64,000 nt of DNA from Oopsacas minuta (Eukaryota > Animalia > Porifera), in the NCBI GenBank assembly GCA_024704765.1, contig JAKMXF010000340.1:124001-188000 (forward strand). The letters run 5' to 3'. Made by a program: the position numbers and the translations under genes. The notes beneath the pieces are model-generated. The model saw only the letters and a list, made by a program, of their open reading frames with translations. It searched no databases and was not told the DNA's origin. This document shows, piece after piece, positions 1 through 12,200 of the stretch; the first letter of the stretch is position 1; each line of letters opens with the position of its first letter.

Positions 1-214
1 AGAAATATCTATAAAGGTAATGCAAATGCTATTATTGAAATTTCAATGATTAGTTACCCAATGCGAAATTGTCTATAGGAATTCTATAGTGTAAATTCTA
101 ATAATATATATTCGCTACTCAAAATTTCATATATTGAATTGTTGAACTTTGCAATCTGTTTGCATCCATTAACATGGTCAAACATGCAATTTACAACGCT
201 CTTTACTCTCATAG

Positions 215-3200
215 AACTCCACCTATCATCTTACAATCAAAAGACATGGAACAATCCGTTCTACGAATTAATCAACACAGAAGAACGGTACGTACAGGAC
301 CTTAAAGAAATCGTAACCGGCTATCTAACCGTGCTGGAAAATGCAGTAAATTCCGATCCAAATTTTAACCTCAACTTAAACGTGCTTTTCTCAAACATAC
401 GAACTCTTTATGATTTCCATATCGAATTCTTAGACGATATAAGACAGGTTGAAATGCTACGAAATGTTGCGGAATGCTTTCTACAACGAAAACAACAATT
501 TATCAACGAATACACTATATACTGTAATAACTATCCGAATGCATGCGAAATATTGAAAGATATAAATTTCAATCATGATTTGAAAATTATCTCAAATTTC
601 AAGATTTGCCAACAGAGTTTGGGTCATATGCTTCCCTTGTCCGCATACTTATTAAAACCTGTACAACGCGTGCTAAAGTATCCCCTCCTTTTAAAAGCAA
701 TGTTGAAAGACGCATTCACGGTTAATTACAGTCATTTCGCGGTTAACGGCTATCAAGAGATGAAAACCGCACTTGATTGCATGTCAGAAGTCTCAGAAGA
801 GATTAACCTTATGAAACGTAAACACGAACTTACGCTACGTGTCAATGAAATTCAAAGCATGCTCGTCGGATGGAATGGGCAAGATTTGAATTCTTTTGGC
901 CAACTTTTACTCGAAGATCAGCTCAAAATTAAGGGTTACCGCAAAGAACGAAATGTTTTCCTCTTTGAAAAGTTGTTTTTAGTCACGAAAATGGAAGATG
1001 AGCAATACACACAACCAATGTATATTCCAGTCAATAATTTGATGTTGCTTGAGGCACCGAAAGAAGGAAACAGTTATCTAAGAGTATATGAACAAAAAAA
1101 CGCGTCAAATTATTTCTTAATTGAATTCAGTAATGCAAATGTTCGTAAAGAATGGGCGAACACTATCAAAGATCTAATCGTTTCGTCAAGTTCTGGTTTG
1201 CCAGAAAATCATAGAAAACGAATACTCGAAGCTTGCCAATCAATAAACCAAGATGTGCTTTGTCAAACAGAACATATTCCACATAACAACAAATTCCGAG
1301 ATTTAGCGAGTATCAAGAAACGATTTCGATACCGTGCCAAACCCAAACGTCAACAACAATCAACACCAATCGCTGATAATGCGCCACGTATGCGACATAG
1401 CGCAACTTTCTCACCAAATTCAATATCCCCGCGAAATACGCACCGTCACAAACGATTATCAGACGCAACTAACTATGACACACAGTATTTAGAAAATGAA
1501 ATACGAATCAGTGATAATAGTTTGGAAGTTTCGAATATCTCAATCGCGGCATCGGACACTTCTTTAATCACAATTCCTTGTGACGAATCCTTCCCAGTGT
1601 TAAGCGATTCCCTTGAAAGCGGCGAAAATTCACGAATTATAGATGAACCCGCCTCAATGGAAAATTCCACATCGAATTGTAGCTTAACAGGTGAACAGAA
1701 TGGTTTATTTAATAAGTCTCCTTCACGTAAAGGTGCTATACGCCGAAAATCAAATACTTATCTCAATAAAAAGCTCAGTGCTACCTTCTCGGCGACTTCA
1801 ACTGAAGATGAATTCGGTATTTGTCAAGGTGAAGCGAAATTACGGCGTCGGCACACTGACAAGGAAATACACCCTGATATACTAGATGCCTTAAATCAGC
1901 TTGACGAATTCAAACCGTTACAAAGCGAAATGAATGATACACACCCTGCGAAAAGCGAGGAAAGTGACTCCTCAGATGGTTCTAAGATTGGCTTTAATAG
2001 CCCTGAATATTTCAAACAGCGTATACATAATCTTAGAGACGATGGCGAGAGGAAACGGTCACGTATTATGGATTTCGAAGAAGGTCAAACGCAGTATGAC
2101 ACTGCCCTAGATTTCACCAGCCCCGATCCAAGTTTCACCTCTGCACAAAATCAACCAATGCCTTCTCCGAAATATAAAAACACACCGAGTGTCAATAGGA
2201 ATAAAATGACAAGACGTGGTCAAATCTCACGGTCTACCTCAAACGCGAAAAAACGTTTATTTCTCGAGGATAAACAATTCAATCCTGATCCATCCAGTCT
2301 AAACACTACCCCACAAGTGCAATTAAAACATTACTTTGGCAAAGAAATCGGCGAATTAAGTTTCACAAGCACACAATCTTCCGATGACTATTACATTGGA
2401 AGAGAAAGAGATTATATTACCAATGCGAAAAAGTTCAATACAGTTCGCCAGAAAAAAAGTTCTTTGAATTCACTTTTCGGAGATCCTGATGATTCAAAAG
2501 TGATTAGGCGTATTCTAAGTCTACCGCAACCTTGTAGATTATCCAATTTATTTGATTCTCCGATTAGAAATACTGATAAAGATATTGAAAATTCAAATTA
2601 CGATTCGTCAGCTGAATTGGAAGTAAACGTGCTCGAAAACTCTGTCAAAAATGAACCTATTATTCCGCTGTTAAATACTAATAAAAAGTTGCCTAAAGCT
2701 GCACCTGAATCAAGTGAACTTCCAAAAACGCGAGTGTTATTAGATGGTCCACCATCTGATAGTTCAGATAATGATAGTATCCACAGTATTCCTACTGAAA
2801 ATATGCCAGAAACTGTTACAACACCTGAAGAATTTATCCAAGCTTCAATCCTTGATGATTACGTGCAAACTTTAAAAAAAGAAAATTATGAACAATCCTT
2901 GAAAACCGAACAATTTACAGAAGTTTTAAAACAAGATGATTTTTTACAAACTTTGAAACCTGAGAATTTTTCACCATCACCAAAAGCAGAAAATATAAAG
3001 GAAGATTCTGCACAAATCTCAAAAAGTGAAAAATTTTCACAAACCTCAACACCTGTGAAAACTACCTCAAACTATGAAATATCGAATGACTTGTCTACCT
3101 CACAATTAGATGAATATCCCTCTAAGCCAATCATTCGACATACCAATCAACCTAAACTATCACCATCTCATCAAAACGAACCACAGGTTCAAAGTTCGAA

Positions 3201-3297
3201 CTATCGCACAGAGGTGTTACAATTCGTATTTGTGGGTTCGATCAGCATAATTATCGCTATAAACTTTCTATACGAAGTGTTTTGCAGCGTCAAGTAG
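215..3297 (+). CDS. Rho guanine-nucleotide exchange factor, DH-PH, PLEKHG1/2/3-like; terminal exon, 5' exon(s) outside the window or unrecognised
   Basis: DH motifs ELINTEERYVQDL, LFSNI, LPLSAYLLKPVQRVLKYPLLLK; PH domain (LLLEDQL..ERNVFLFEKLFLVTK..EWANTIK); long S/T-rich tail. Acceptor ctttactctcatag ends at 214 (the ORF-track TTG start is probably intronic). Stop 3295-3297; AATAAA 3385-3390. Confidence 0.85.
2854..2970 (+). repeat. Degenerate 27-bp (9-aa) coding tandem repeat in the RhoGEF tail
   Basis: DDYVQTLKK / ENYEQSLKT / EQFTEVLKQ / DDFLQTLKP / ENF. Confidence 0.65.
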
Positions 3298-4156
3298 TTT
3301 TATTATGTGTTGAAATTTATGTTCAGTTGATCATCTTATTATGTGTAGCACTTATGGTTATGTAATTGTGTTCTATTGAGTTTCAATAAAGTTTTATTTC
3401 TTTCATGAATTATGTTTCTAAAAAGATGTAAATTGGGAGATGGATACTTAGAATCAGTTACTTGTTACTTCTAGGGTTATTTGATACAACATTTTCTAAT
3501 GATATTAATTGTAATTTTTCTAAAATTTGAAATATTCTTAATTTTCGTTATATTATAAAAAGTCAATCGACCGCTTTGACGACTCAGTTTTCTCGGAAAC
3601 TTCAAAGCTACTGGATAAAGTTTATAGAACAAAAGTATGTTCAAGGGAAGTTGCTTCATTTGTCAAAGGTTTTGGGTTATAGAAATGTCGTGAATAATTA
3701 ATGATGAACGTGTAAAACCTATGGATCGTTTGCAAAGTTGGATAAAATATAATACTTTTTCAACAACTTAACTTACAGGTTACAGAATATAACCATGAAT
3801 AAGCTCTCAAAAGCGTGCAAAGAAACATTAAAACCGCCATACTTCGACATTTAATTCCTCTCCAAACCTGATAAGTGCATACACGAAGCATCACAATTAT
3901 CCAAGGTTTAGCTATGTATCACATACCAGAATTTCCCAAGATTTCCTAAACACAATAACCAAAAGGATACAACATACTTTCCTATAGAACAGTATGAATG
4001 ACCATACAAGCATGTGCACGCATATTTAACACCATTTTAACCCATAATAGTGATCAAATTCGTATTGAATAGCTTCAATTAATTATCATCAGAGAGCCCA
4101 TATAGAAATCTGAATAGTCCCTCAATAAGATGATAAAATAAGGTAAAAATCCATGA

Positions 4157-5212
4157 ATGGTTAAAAATATGTCTGTCGAAGAATACAAATTGGCTGCACA
4201 TGCATTATTACATTTGAAACAGTTCCATATCCATGTCACCCAACTAAACTCAATACAATCTCAAAAGGTATTCTTAAATAACGTTATTTTGACTGAGGAA
4301 AATTCGAACGCAGTTGAAGCAGATGAAAATGATCAAAATGAAATAGCTATATCACTCAACACGGATAAAATCGCGACTCAAATTCGCGGTTGCTTATCTT
4401 GTCTGACATCTTTACCAGAAGATTTAGACCCAAGCTTAATCACATTGCTAATCGATAACCCTCTACTTTCCGACTGTCGAATAATCCTCAACAAAACCGA
4501 GTCATTCTACGCACATAAATATTTCCTAATAAAGTCGAGTGCGTATTTTTCTGCTATGTTAGGCAAAAATTTCGAAGAAGCAAACAAACTCGATATAGAC
4601 ATCGAAATTGAATACACTGGGTTATTCCATTTAGCTCTTGAATTTATATATACTTCGAAAATCAATCGTGAATATTGTAATAATGAAAAATGGATTCAGG
4701 ATGTTGATAAATATTTCATTACACTATGGACAGCAGTTTATTTTCAGATACAAGATATGATAAATAAATTGCTACAAGTATTTGAATATGATTTTATTCT
4801 ATCACCAAAATTCACCGATGTATTTATCCCTTTCGATTTATTTATGCGTATACTAGAAGGGAAACTCAGCACTCTAAGAAGTAAAGACAAAATCATCGGT
4901 GCACAACCGCCAATGTCCGAATGTCGTAATGATTGCCGAGACACGCAACAAATCAGAAAAGCGAAACCGTTGAACGAATATGAATGCTTATTGGAAATGG
5001 CTATTAAATACGCTGGCAAATGCAATGACCCTACTATCTGTCACCAACTGATAACCTGGATAAAAACAAACTGTATTCTCCGGTATGTAAACGCAACCAA
5101 AGTATTTGAATGCATCTCACAGGCCCCACACAATGTACAGGCATGTATTGATCCTATAGGAATATTCCCATATCTTCAAACAAAATCTCAAGATAACAAC
5201 CAGTATTTATAA
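4157..5212 (+). CDS. BTB/POZ domain protein, 351 aa, single exon
   Basis: BTB signature LSDCRIILNKTESFYAHKYFLIKSSAYFSAML...FHLALEFIYTSKI, followed by a helical BACK-like region. Confidence 0.8.
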   Translation: MVKNMSVEEYKLAAHALLHLKQFHIHVTQLNSIQSQKVFLNNVILTEENSNAVEADENDQNEIAISLNTDKIATQIRGCLSCLTSLPEDLDPSLITLLIDNPLLSDCRIILNKTESFYAHKYFLIKSSAYFSAMLGKNFEEANKLDIDIEIEYTGLFHLALEFIYTSKINREYCNNEKWIQDVDKYFITLWTAVYFQIQDMINKLLQVFEYDFILSPKFTDVFIPFDLFMRILEGKLSTLRSKDKIIGAQPPMSECRNDCRDTQQIRKAKPLNEYECLLEMAIKYAGKCNDPTICHQLITWIKTNCILRYVNATKVFECISQAPHNVQACIDPIGIFPYLQTKSQDNNQYL

Positions 5213-5904
5213 TAATATATTAGGAAATTGAATTTATATTAATGATTACTGTATTATCTATTGCAAACCAATTTATACATCTTGAGGTTCGACCATCCGC
5301 GCCTAACACATACTTTCCAACCTCCTTGACAAATTCCCGGTATTTAATTGCCGATTTCACATTATTCACCAACTACACCCGAAAATATCGAAATATATTG
5401 AAAAATTGAAATTTCTCTCGGGATTTCCAAATTTATCCTGGATGGAAACCCCGAGATAATCCAGGAATCTCGGGAGCCTTTGCAAGTATGTTAACATAAC
5501 GAGATATAGCCGTAATTGCAACTACTTTGCCAGAAACAAAATACCGTCCTTTTGGCCAACGTAATAAACTGCACTATCTTATATAATTGCATTACAAATA
5601 ATAATGGATTACAATCGCCTTTTTTAAATTATACGAGACATATTGCACATTGTTTACGTCAGTAAATTTCAACTTGTTCATATTAATAAGATTGAACTTT
5701 GCACTATATCGAAAAAATGCTATTATATACCTATTGCCATCAAAACATTATTTCCTATTAATCATCTCCAATATGAAATAATTCAAAACTATTACACTAA
5801 ATTTCCACTTATAAATTTTCTCTTTTTACATATATTGTAGTCATCAAATATTTCCTATAAAAGCTAGTATCAATAAAATATGTCATTATTTTGGGTCGTA
5901 ATCG

Positions 5905-7347
5905 ATGAAATATATCGTTCCTCTATTCGCTGTCCTTATTGTCTTTGCGCTACGTTCCGAGGCATACTGCACCTTGAGTTGTACGTCTGAAGAGATCGCT
6001 ACAAACACTCCCCATTGCTTTATCACAAGTATAGTATCCGGCACGTCGTGTGTAGTTACCGGAAGTGAATCATTAGTCCAGCGAATAGAGAAGGTATATT
6101 TGACTGTAGATATCTCCTCTACTCTTACTGCTGTTACCGTCCAGAACCAAGTTGCCCCAGGAAAATTGGAAATAGTTTTCAGTCGTGAATACGAGAATAT
6201 ACGTACTTTAACACTACACGGTGATTGGATTCGCATTACAGCCGATTCGCTACGCAATCTCCCTAACCTCGAATATTTTACGTTCATTTCCGGTATCTTT
6301 GATGTGTTCCCACCTTTCACGAATTATCACCCTCTTCTTACTGAATTAATCCTCCATAATTTCACCACGGATGATCCATTTTCGACCATCCCTTCAGACA
6401 AAGTTAGTGACTTGCCTCAACTCCAAAATCTGCGTCTGTGTCCTGCAAAAATTGTCCAGATTAGCCATGTTGGAATAAGCCTTCTTCCCTCTTTAGAAAC
6501 TATAATCATATGCAATGTAACTAATAGTGAAACTGCATTTCAAAATGCCTGTCCTTCCTTTAATAACCTCAATGCGATTTCCATACACGAAGGCGGACTT
6601 CAGGACATATCATTCCTCGATTGTCTGCCAAATCCAGAAATATTCGAGCATCTAAACTTAGATTTCAACCAAATAACATCGATTGATGGGTTACATCGAT
6701 TTCCAAACCTTCTCCTATTAGGGCTCTTTGAAAACCGAATTTCATCCATTCGTCGTTCAAATTTCACAGGCCTTGGACAGTTGACATTCCTGAACCTGCC
6801 TGGTAACTTAATCGATGTGATATGGGATGACACTTTCCTGGACTTAATTTCCTTAAAAAAGTTGAATTTAGACGTTAACCCAATGGTAACCATAAACCCC
6901 AGGGTAATTGAAAGCATACCAAATCTGGAGTACTTCAAAACACCACTTTTACACTGTGATTGTAGCCTTGAATGGTTATCCATAGCTTACCATACACACA
7001 ACCTGCACATCAACCCGTATTCCTTGTGTGACACCCCAAGCCAATTTGCAGGGTTAAACGTCTATGACCCATCAATATATGTTGAATGTTCAAATGCAAA
7101 CAGTCCGTATGAGTGTTTTAGTAAAACACGTGAAACTTGCAATGATGGTTCATATTGCCAGAGCACGCCTGAAGGTTTTGAATGCATTTGTGAAGGTGAG
7201 AACAATGTGTATTCTCGTATGAATGGTGGAAAGTGTTTCAATATAGACGAAGTGTTGGCTAAACCTGCTGAATGTGACGGTACCTTACATCTTAATGCTG
7301 ACAACGAGTTGGAATGTGGGTCTCCTAACAAGGTACCCTTTCCCTAA
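5905..7347 (+). CDS. Secreted leucine-rich repeat protein with LRRCT and EGF-like domain, 480 aa
   Basis: Signal peptide MKYIVPLFAVLIVFALRSEA; LRRs (HLNLDFNQITSI, LLGLFENRISSI, FLNLPGNLIDVI, KLNLDVNPMVTI); LRRCT LHCDCSLEWL..LCDTP; EGF-like CNDGSYCQSTPEGFECIC; no transmembrane helix. Confidence 0.85.
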   Translation: MKYIVPLFAVLIVFALRSEAYCTLSCTSEEIATNTPHCFITSIVSGTSCVVTGSESLVQRIEKVYLTVDISSTLTAVTVQNQVAPGKLEIVFSREYENIRTLTLHGDWIRITADSLRNLPNLEYFTFISGIFDVFPPFTNYHPLLTELILHNFTTDDPFSTIPSDKVSDLPQLQNLRLCPAKIVQISHVGISLLPSLETIIICNVTNSETAFQNACPSFNNLNAISIHEGGLQDISFLDCLPNPEIFEHLNLDFNQITSIDGLHRFPNLLLLGLFENRISSIRRSNFTGLGQLTFLNLPGNLIDVIWDDTFLDLISLKKLNLDVNPMVTINPRVIESIPNLEYFKTPLLHCDCSLEWLSIAYHTHNLHINPYSLCDTPSQFAGLNVYDPSIYVECSNANSPYECFSKTRETCNDGSYCQSTPEGFECICEGENNVYSRMNGGKCFNIDEVLAKPAECDGTLHLNADNELECGSPNKVPFP

Positions 7348-7520
7348 ACAGCTGGTAAATATGGCGCATACTTCCCTGATTATTTTTAAATATGGGCAAG
7401 GCATGATACAATTTTTGTTGATTTTTGTGTGTGATATATCAATTAATTCTGCTCGTATTTTACATGTAGTTTTGATACAGATTATTAATTAAACTCCCGA
7501 AAAATCGATTACTGTCGGGG

Positions 7521-7648
7521 ATTGGCGCGCAACTAGGCTCTTGAATCTGAGCGAACAAAGATGACGTCATGCCCATCCGCCGTATATTATTTGTATTGGG
7601 GTGGAGTCGAAACTGGAGCCATCCAAAAATGCCATAGTTTCGCCTATG
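7521..7648. mobile_element. MITE family with CATAGGCGCAACTA-like ends, degenerate copy
   Basis: Core atgacgtcatgcccatccgc..tattggggtggag recurs at ~21630-21769 and reversed at ~25342-25469 (ends tagttgcgcctatg). Confidence 0.6.
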
Positions 7649-8631
7649 CTGTCAAGGTCTTTAAGAAACTGAAGCTATATGTACACACAACGTTCTAGCT
7701 GTCTTATCCAGTATTACAATATTTCCCTCGTATCCATACTCCTAAAGTTTCATGAATTCCCTATCTTTTAACACTCAAACCTTTGTAACGTTAATTACCA
7801 TGAACAACAACCTTGTGCTATTATTGGCATTTCCCATCAATTCTAAGATCTTTGTAAACATAATTATGGCTTTTACATGACATATTTTTATCAGTCAACA
7901 AGTGAACTACTTCATGTTTGTTGCTGCTAACTCATGTGTGTTAGACAAACTATATGTATTCTAAGCCAAAGTGATAGATTAATTATCATACGAAAACCTG
8001 CCTCAATTTTGGCGAAATGTAGCCTTTTTCGAACAATTGGTGAGTGTAATATCCCGTTATAACATGCTTAATGGCGGAATTCTGCAGCTTCCCGCAGGAT
8101 TTCGTGTCTTATCCAGAGAAAATAGAAAATCCTAATGAAATTTCCCATTTTTTGCTATATTTCTGGCTATTTTCGGGCCGAATAGGGGAATAGGAATGAA
8201 TTTCTCGGATTTGTCAAGGAAATCCCGATTAATTTGTGCCAGTTGGTAAGTATTACATAATAAGGCACACATATTTTCTGTGCTAATGTGTGCTATCCCT
8301 TATACACTCAATATCATTGTTTCGTCACGATAGCATGCTTATACCTACCTCCAATCTCACAAATCAGCCTTTGATGTCGCTGTCTTTAGTTTTCAGAATA
8401 ACTATGACTATACAATTCCGTGAATGTGATCTTTGCTATAGTATCATTACGGTAATTCCAGTGAAGATGGCAATATATTGATATGCGTTTCATGGTTTCA
8501 ATAAGCTGGGATTTATATACGAGTAATGCAGTTTATTGCATATTCAAATTTATAAATGTGTATCGAATCTTTACACGCATCTAACTCTATGGTGATTGAA
8601 ATTGTTCAGGAATTATTTGAGGGGTGTATTA

Positions 8632-8955
8632 TAGAGTTGGAATCGGGTCCACTTTTCAGAACTCGACCCGAAGCCGAAGTGTAAACTAGTGTAGATATTA
8701 ACTGAAATTCCTCAAAATATATGTTTGTATTTTAAGGAAGATTTGTTCTTGCAATATTATGGGTTAATAATATTTATCCTGTAAATCTCCTTTTGAGGCC
8801 ATTTCATTAAACTTCCATACGATGTTTCTAATGTAAGTATAATCTTTCAGAAAATAATTGAATTTAAAAATTACGTACAAATTTCGAACTGATCCACTTC
8901 GAACCCGAACTCGACCCGACCCGACCCGAGAAACCCGAACCCGATTCCAACTCTG
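8632..8955. mobile_element. Non-autonomous hAT-type element, 324 bp, perfect 8-bp TSD
   Basis: TIRs tagagttggaatcgggt / acccgattccaactctg; TSD GTGTATTA at 8624-8631 and 8956-8963; subterminal (acccg)n repeats. Confidence 0.88.
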
Positions 8956-9268
8956 GTGTATTATGATCCTTAGCTTATATTGAAAGCTCCTTGTTTCTCC
9001 GATGTCACTCGTACTCACACTTTTTGCAATACAAAGGGTGGGCTGTATGCAGGGCTGTGGGGAAGTGTGACAACCATATTTGGCAATTTGGCATGGAAAT
9101 TAATGTCGTGCGGCTCAGCAAATACAATTCGAACAGCCCTGTCACCACTCCTCTTTCCTGGGATGTACACACAAGTATATCTCATGTTATTTATATCGTA
9201 CAACCTATATTCGAATAGTTTTATAAACATGATCTACTTATTTCTACATTTGAGAATTTTAGCTTGTG

Positions 9269-12200
9269 ATGTCTGAAGTTACACCCCAGCAAACTGACCA
9301 AAGCATATCCGACATTCTAACCAAGGCACTAACTGAACAGAGCAGTAGCAGTTCTGAGGATTTTGAATTTATTGAGAAAGATGATGGACTCGCTACAAAA
9401 GGAGCTAAATTAAGTGATGACAACATACCTGATTTGATCACAGACTTGAATTTGGCTGGAAAAGATAAAATTTCTAGCGAACCAGAAACTAATATAATTA
9501 ATTTGGTTGATTCCAAAGCGGCGGGAACACCTGATGCTGTACATGAAACGATAGAAACGGAGAGTTTAGTTATAATAGAAGGAGCGAATATTGTTTCAAA
9601 AGAGCTAGAAAATTCGGAAAATATTCTTTCGAAAGATGAAATTTCTGGTGAAAAGCACCCGGAAAATATTGGAGATATTATCTCATCTGAAGATCATGAA
9701 ATTATTGTTTCAAAAAATCACGAAAATAATGAAAATATTCATTCAAAAGATGATCGAAATTCTGAAACTATTAGTTCAAAAGATCACGAAATATTGTCAG
9801 AAAATATACCGATAAATGACCAAAATATAATTCCACAAATTGACAGTGAAACAGTTGACAAAGATGATGCAGAAGTAATGGATATACTTTCACAAGATAG
9901 AAGCGAGTCTCCGTTACAGAATGAGGATTCAGGAGCTCAGGGTTCAGCCGAGTCCGTCGATTCTCTCATAGGAGACCTCGAACAAAAACAAGAAAACCTG
10001 GAAAAAGACATTGATCTATCACAAAATGGATCGAATGAAAGTGCTAATATTGATAATTCAAATTCAACTAATGTTACGAGTGAAGATACTCCAGATGGTG
10101 AGTTTATTTATCCCGTAGCGTGTAGACTCTGATAAATAGTATCACCGGGTAATAGAGATGGAACCGGTCGAAATTTTGACCCGATTTTTAGCGTTAGCAC
10201 GTTACCCTCGAAACTGCTGTAAACGCCTTTTCTTAGTGGTGTGAAACTGTCAATATAATTCCTTTATCATTGTAATATATTCACAGTTACAGACGAAACA
10301 ACAACATACACAGACCGTCCAAACTCAAAAGAACCAGAAGATGACGTCACAGCATATGTCTACCCAGTAGAAAAAGAATTCTGGGACGTAGAGGACATGG
10401 AAGATCCTCATGCTTCTCGCGCTAGGTGGAAACGATTGTATATTCAATTACATATGCGTTCTATGGAAAATCCTCCTTCACAGGAAGTAGCTAAAATGCA
10501 CCAGTATAGACCATTGAACAGGTACAAAGCTCATTAATTGTGTTGCGATCGTCTCAATTTGTAATGTTTATTGAGGCTCTGTTAATGAGAACTTGATTCA
10601 GCTCCACATGATGTATATCAATGCCATGCTGGCGGGCGGCATTCAATTATCATTATTTTATGACGTTATCATAATAAGAAGTGGACAATGGACGATTTTC
10701 AATTACTCTAGTTCGTGATACAGTGGATGCCGGTTGTTAATTGGTTCTCACATATTCCTGTATATTTTGCCGGTTATAAACTATAAGAACATGTATTGCT
10801 ACCCCCAAGTGGTTTCTTATAACCGGCATCCACTGTAGGTTAATGCGTGGGTCTGTGAAGATAAATCCGCTACTATTTCACCCGTCAGCTTGTAAATATA
10901 TTGTATAACTGAATTTCACTGAGAAAATAGCGAAATAATGATAATATTCATGCAACAGGTAAACTTGATGCGGGAGAAGGAGCTGAAACAAATTTCCAAC
11001 TAACAATGGCTTAAATAGAAGTTTTGAACTTTGAACTTTCTCCCATTCCATTCCTATAGATACAACAATATCCTAGCTAATGACGTCAGCCGTATAATCC
11101 TAACACATCCTGATACAGAATACATTAACGCTAACCGTATAACTATACCTGAAGTTGATAGAGCTTATATCATGTCACAAGGTCCATTAGATATAACTAG
11201 TGAGCATTTCTGGCATATGGTATGGCAAGAACATTGTCCTGGTATTGTTATGCTGAATAGAACGATGGAGAGTGGTAAACCTAAATGTCATCAGTATTTC
11301 CCAAAGGATTATGGTATACAGGTGTGTTTATTGTTTGTTTGTTTGTTTGTTTGTTTGTTTATTTGGATGTTTCGTTTGTCTGTCTGTCTGTCTGTCTGTC
11401 TGTGTTTATTTATTGATATATTAAATCACTCTACCTTCTAGTTGGTGTTCGGTAACTATCTAATAGTCTGTGAGAGTCAATTTTGTGCTGATGGCTACAG
11501 AATGAGTAACCTCGAATTAACACACCTACCCAGCCAGGAATTACGTCACATTATCCATTTCCAATACCTCTCATGGCCAGATTTCGGCGCCCCACAAACA
11601 CCTGAAGATTTTCTACAATTTCTAGTAGCTGTGAGAGAAAAGGGTCTATTAGATGTAGAATCATCAACTGGCCCAGCTGTAATTCATTGTAGTGCAGGTG
11701 TTGGCAGATCTGGTACTTTTATTCTAGTGGATGCTTGTTTAAGGAGAATTGAGATTGAAGGTCACCCGCTTAATGTCCATGTACAGGTGAATTATACTTC
11801 AATACAGATACAATGTATAACCTCCACAAACGAGGTTCCAGAGACGCCGAAAATTTATATCTCAAATACAGAAGCACCTCGTTAATACGTACACCAAGGG
11901 ACCGTCGAGATTTGCACTCCTTATCCAGAGTACGCATTAACAGGAGTAAAAACAATTGAATAACCATTGTATAGACTAGAATTGTGTAAAATTCTGTACC
12001 TCTTAACCGGAAATCGTATTAAATGTGTTCGTATTAACGAGGATTCACTGTATCTCCATTTTCCCTATAATACCTGCCTAAAACTGGCTGATATAGTATA
12101 TACTCCCAAATTTTGATGTACACTTACGACATACCCCAGTAAAATTTCCAGAAAATACCATCAATTTCTTATAATTCTATAGGATATAATTCTACGTATG

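Noticed and set aside
139-214. TTG-initiated N-terminus of the RhoGEF
   Set aside because: A polypyrimidine tract and AG at 213-214 indicate intron sequence.
8764-9018. 84-aa minus-strand ORF with RVRVSRVGSGRVRVR
   Set aside because: It is a translation of the (acccg)n subterminal repeats of the hAT element.
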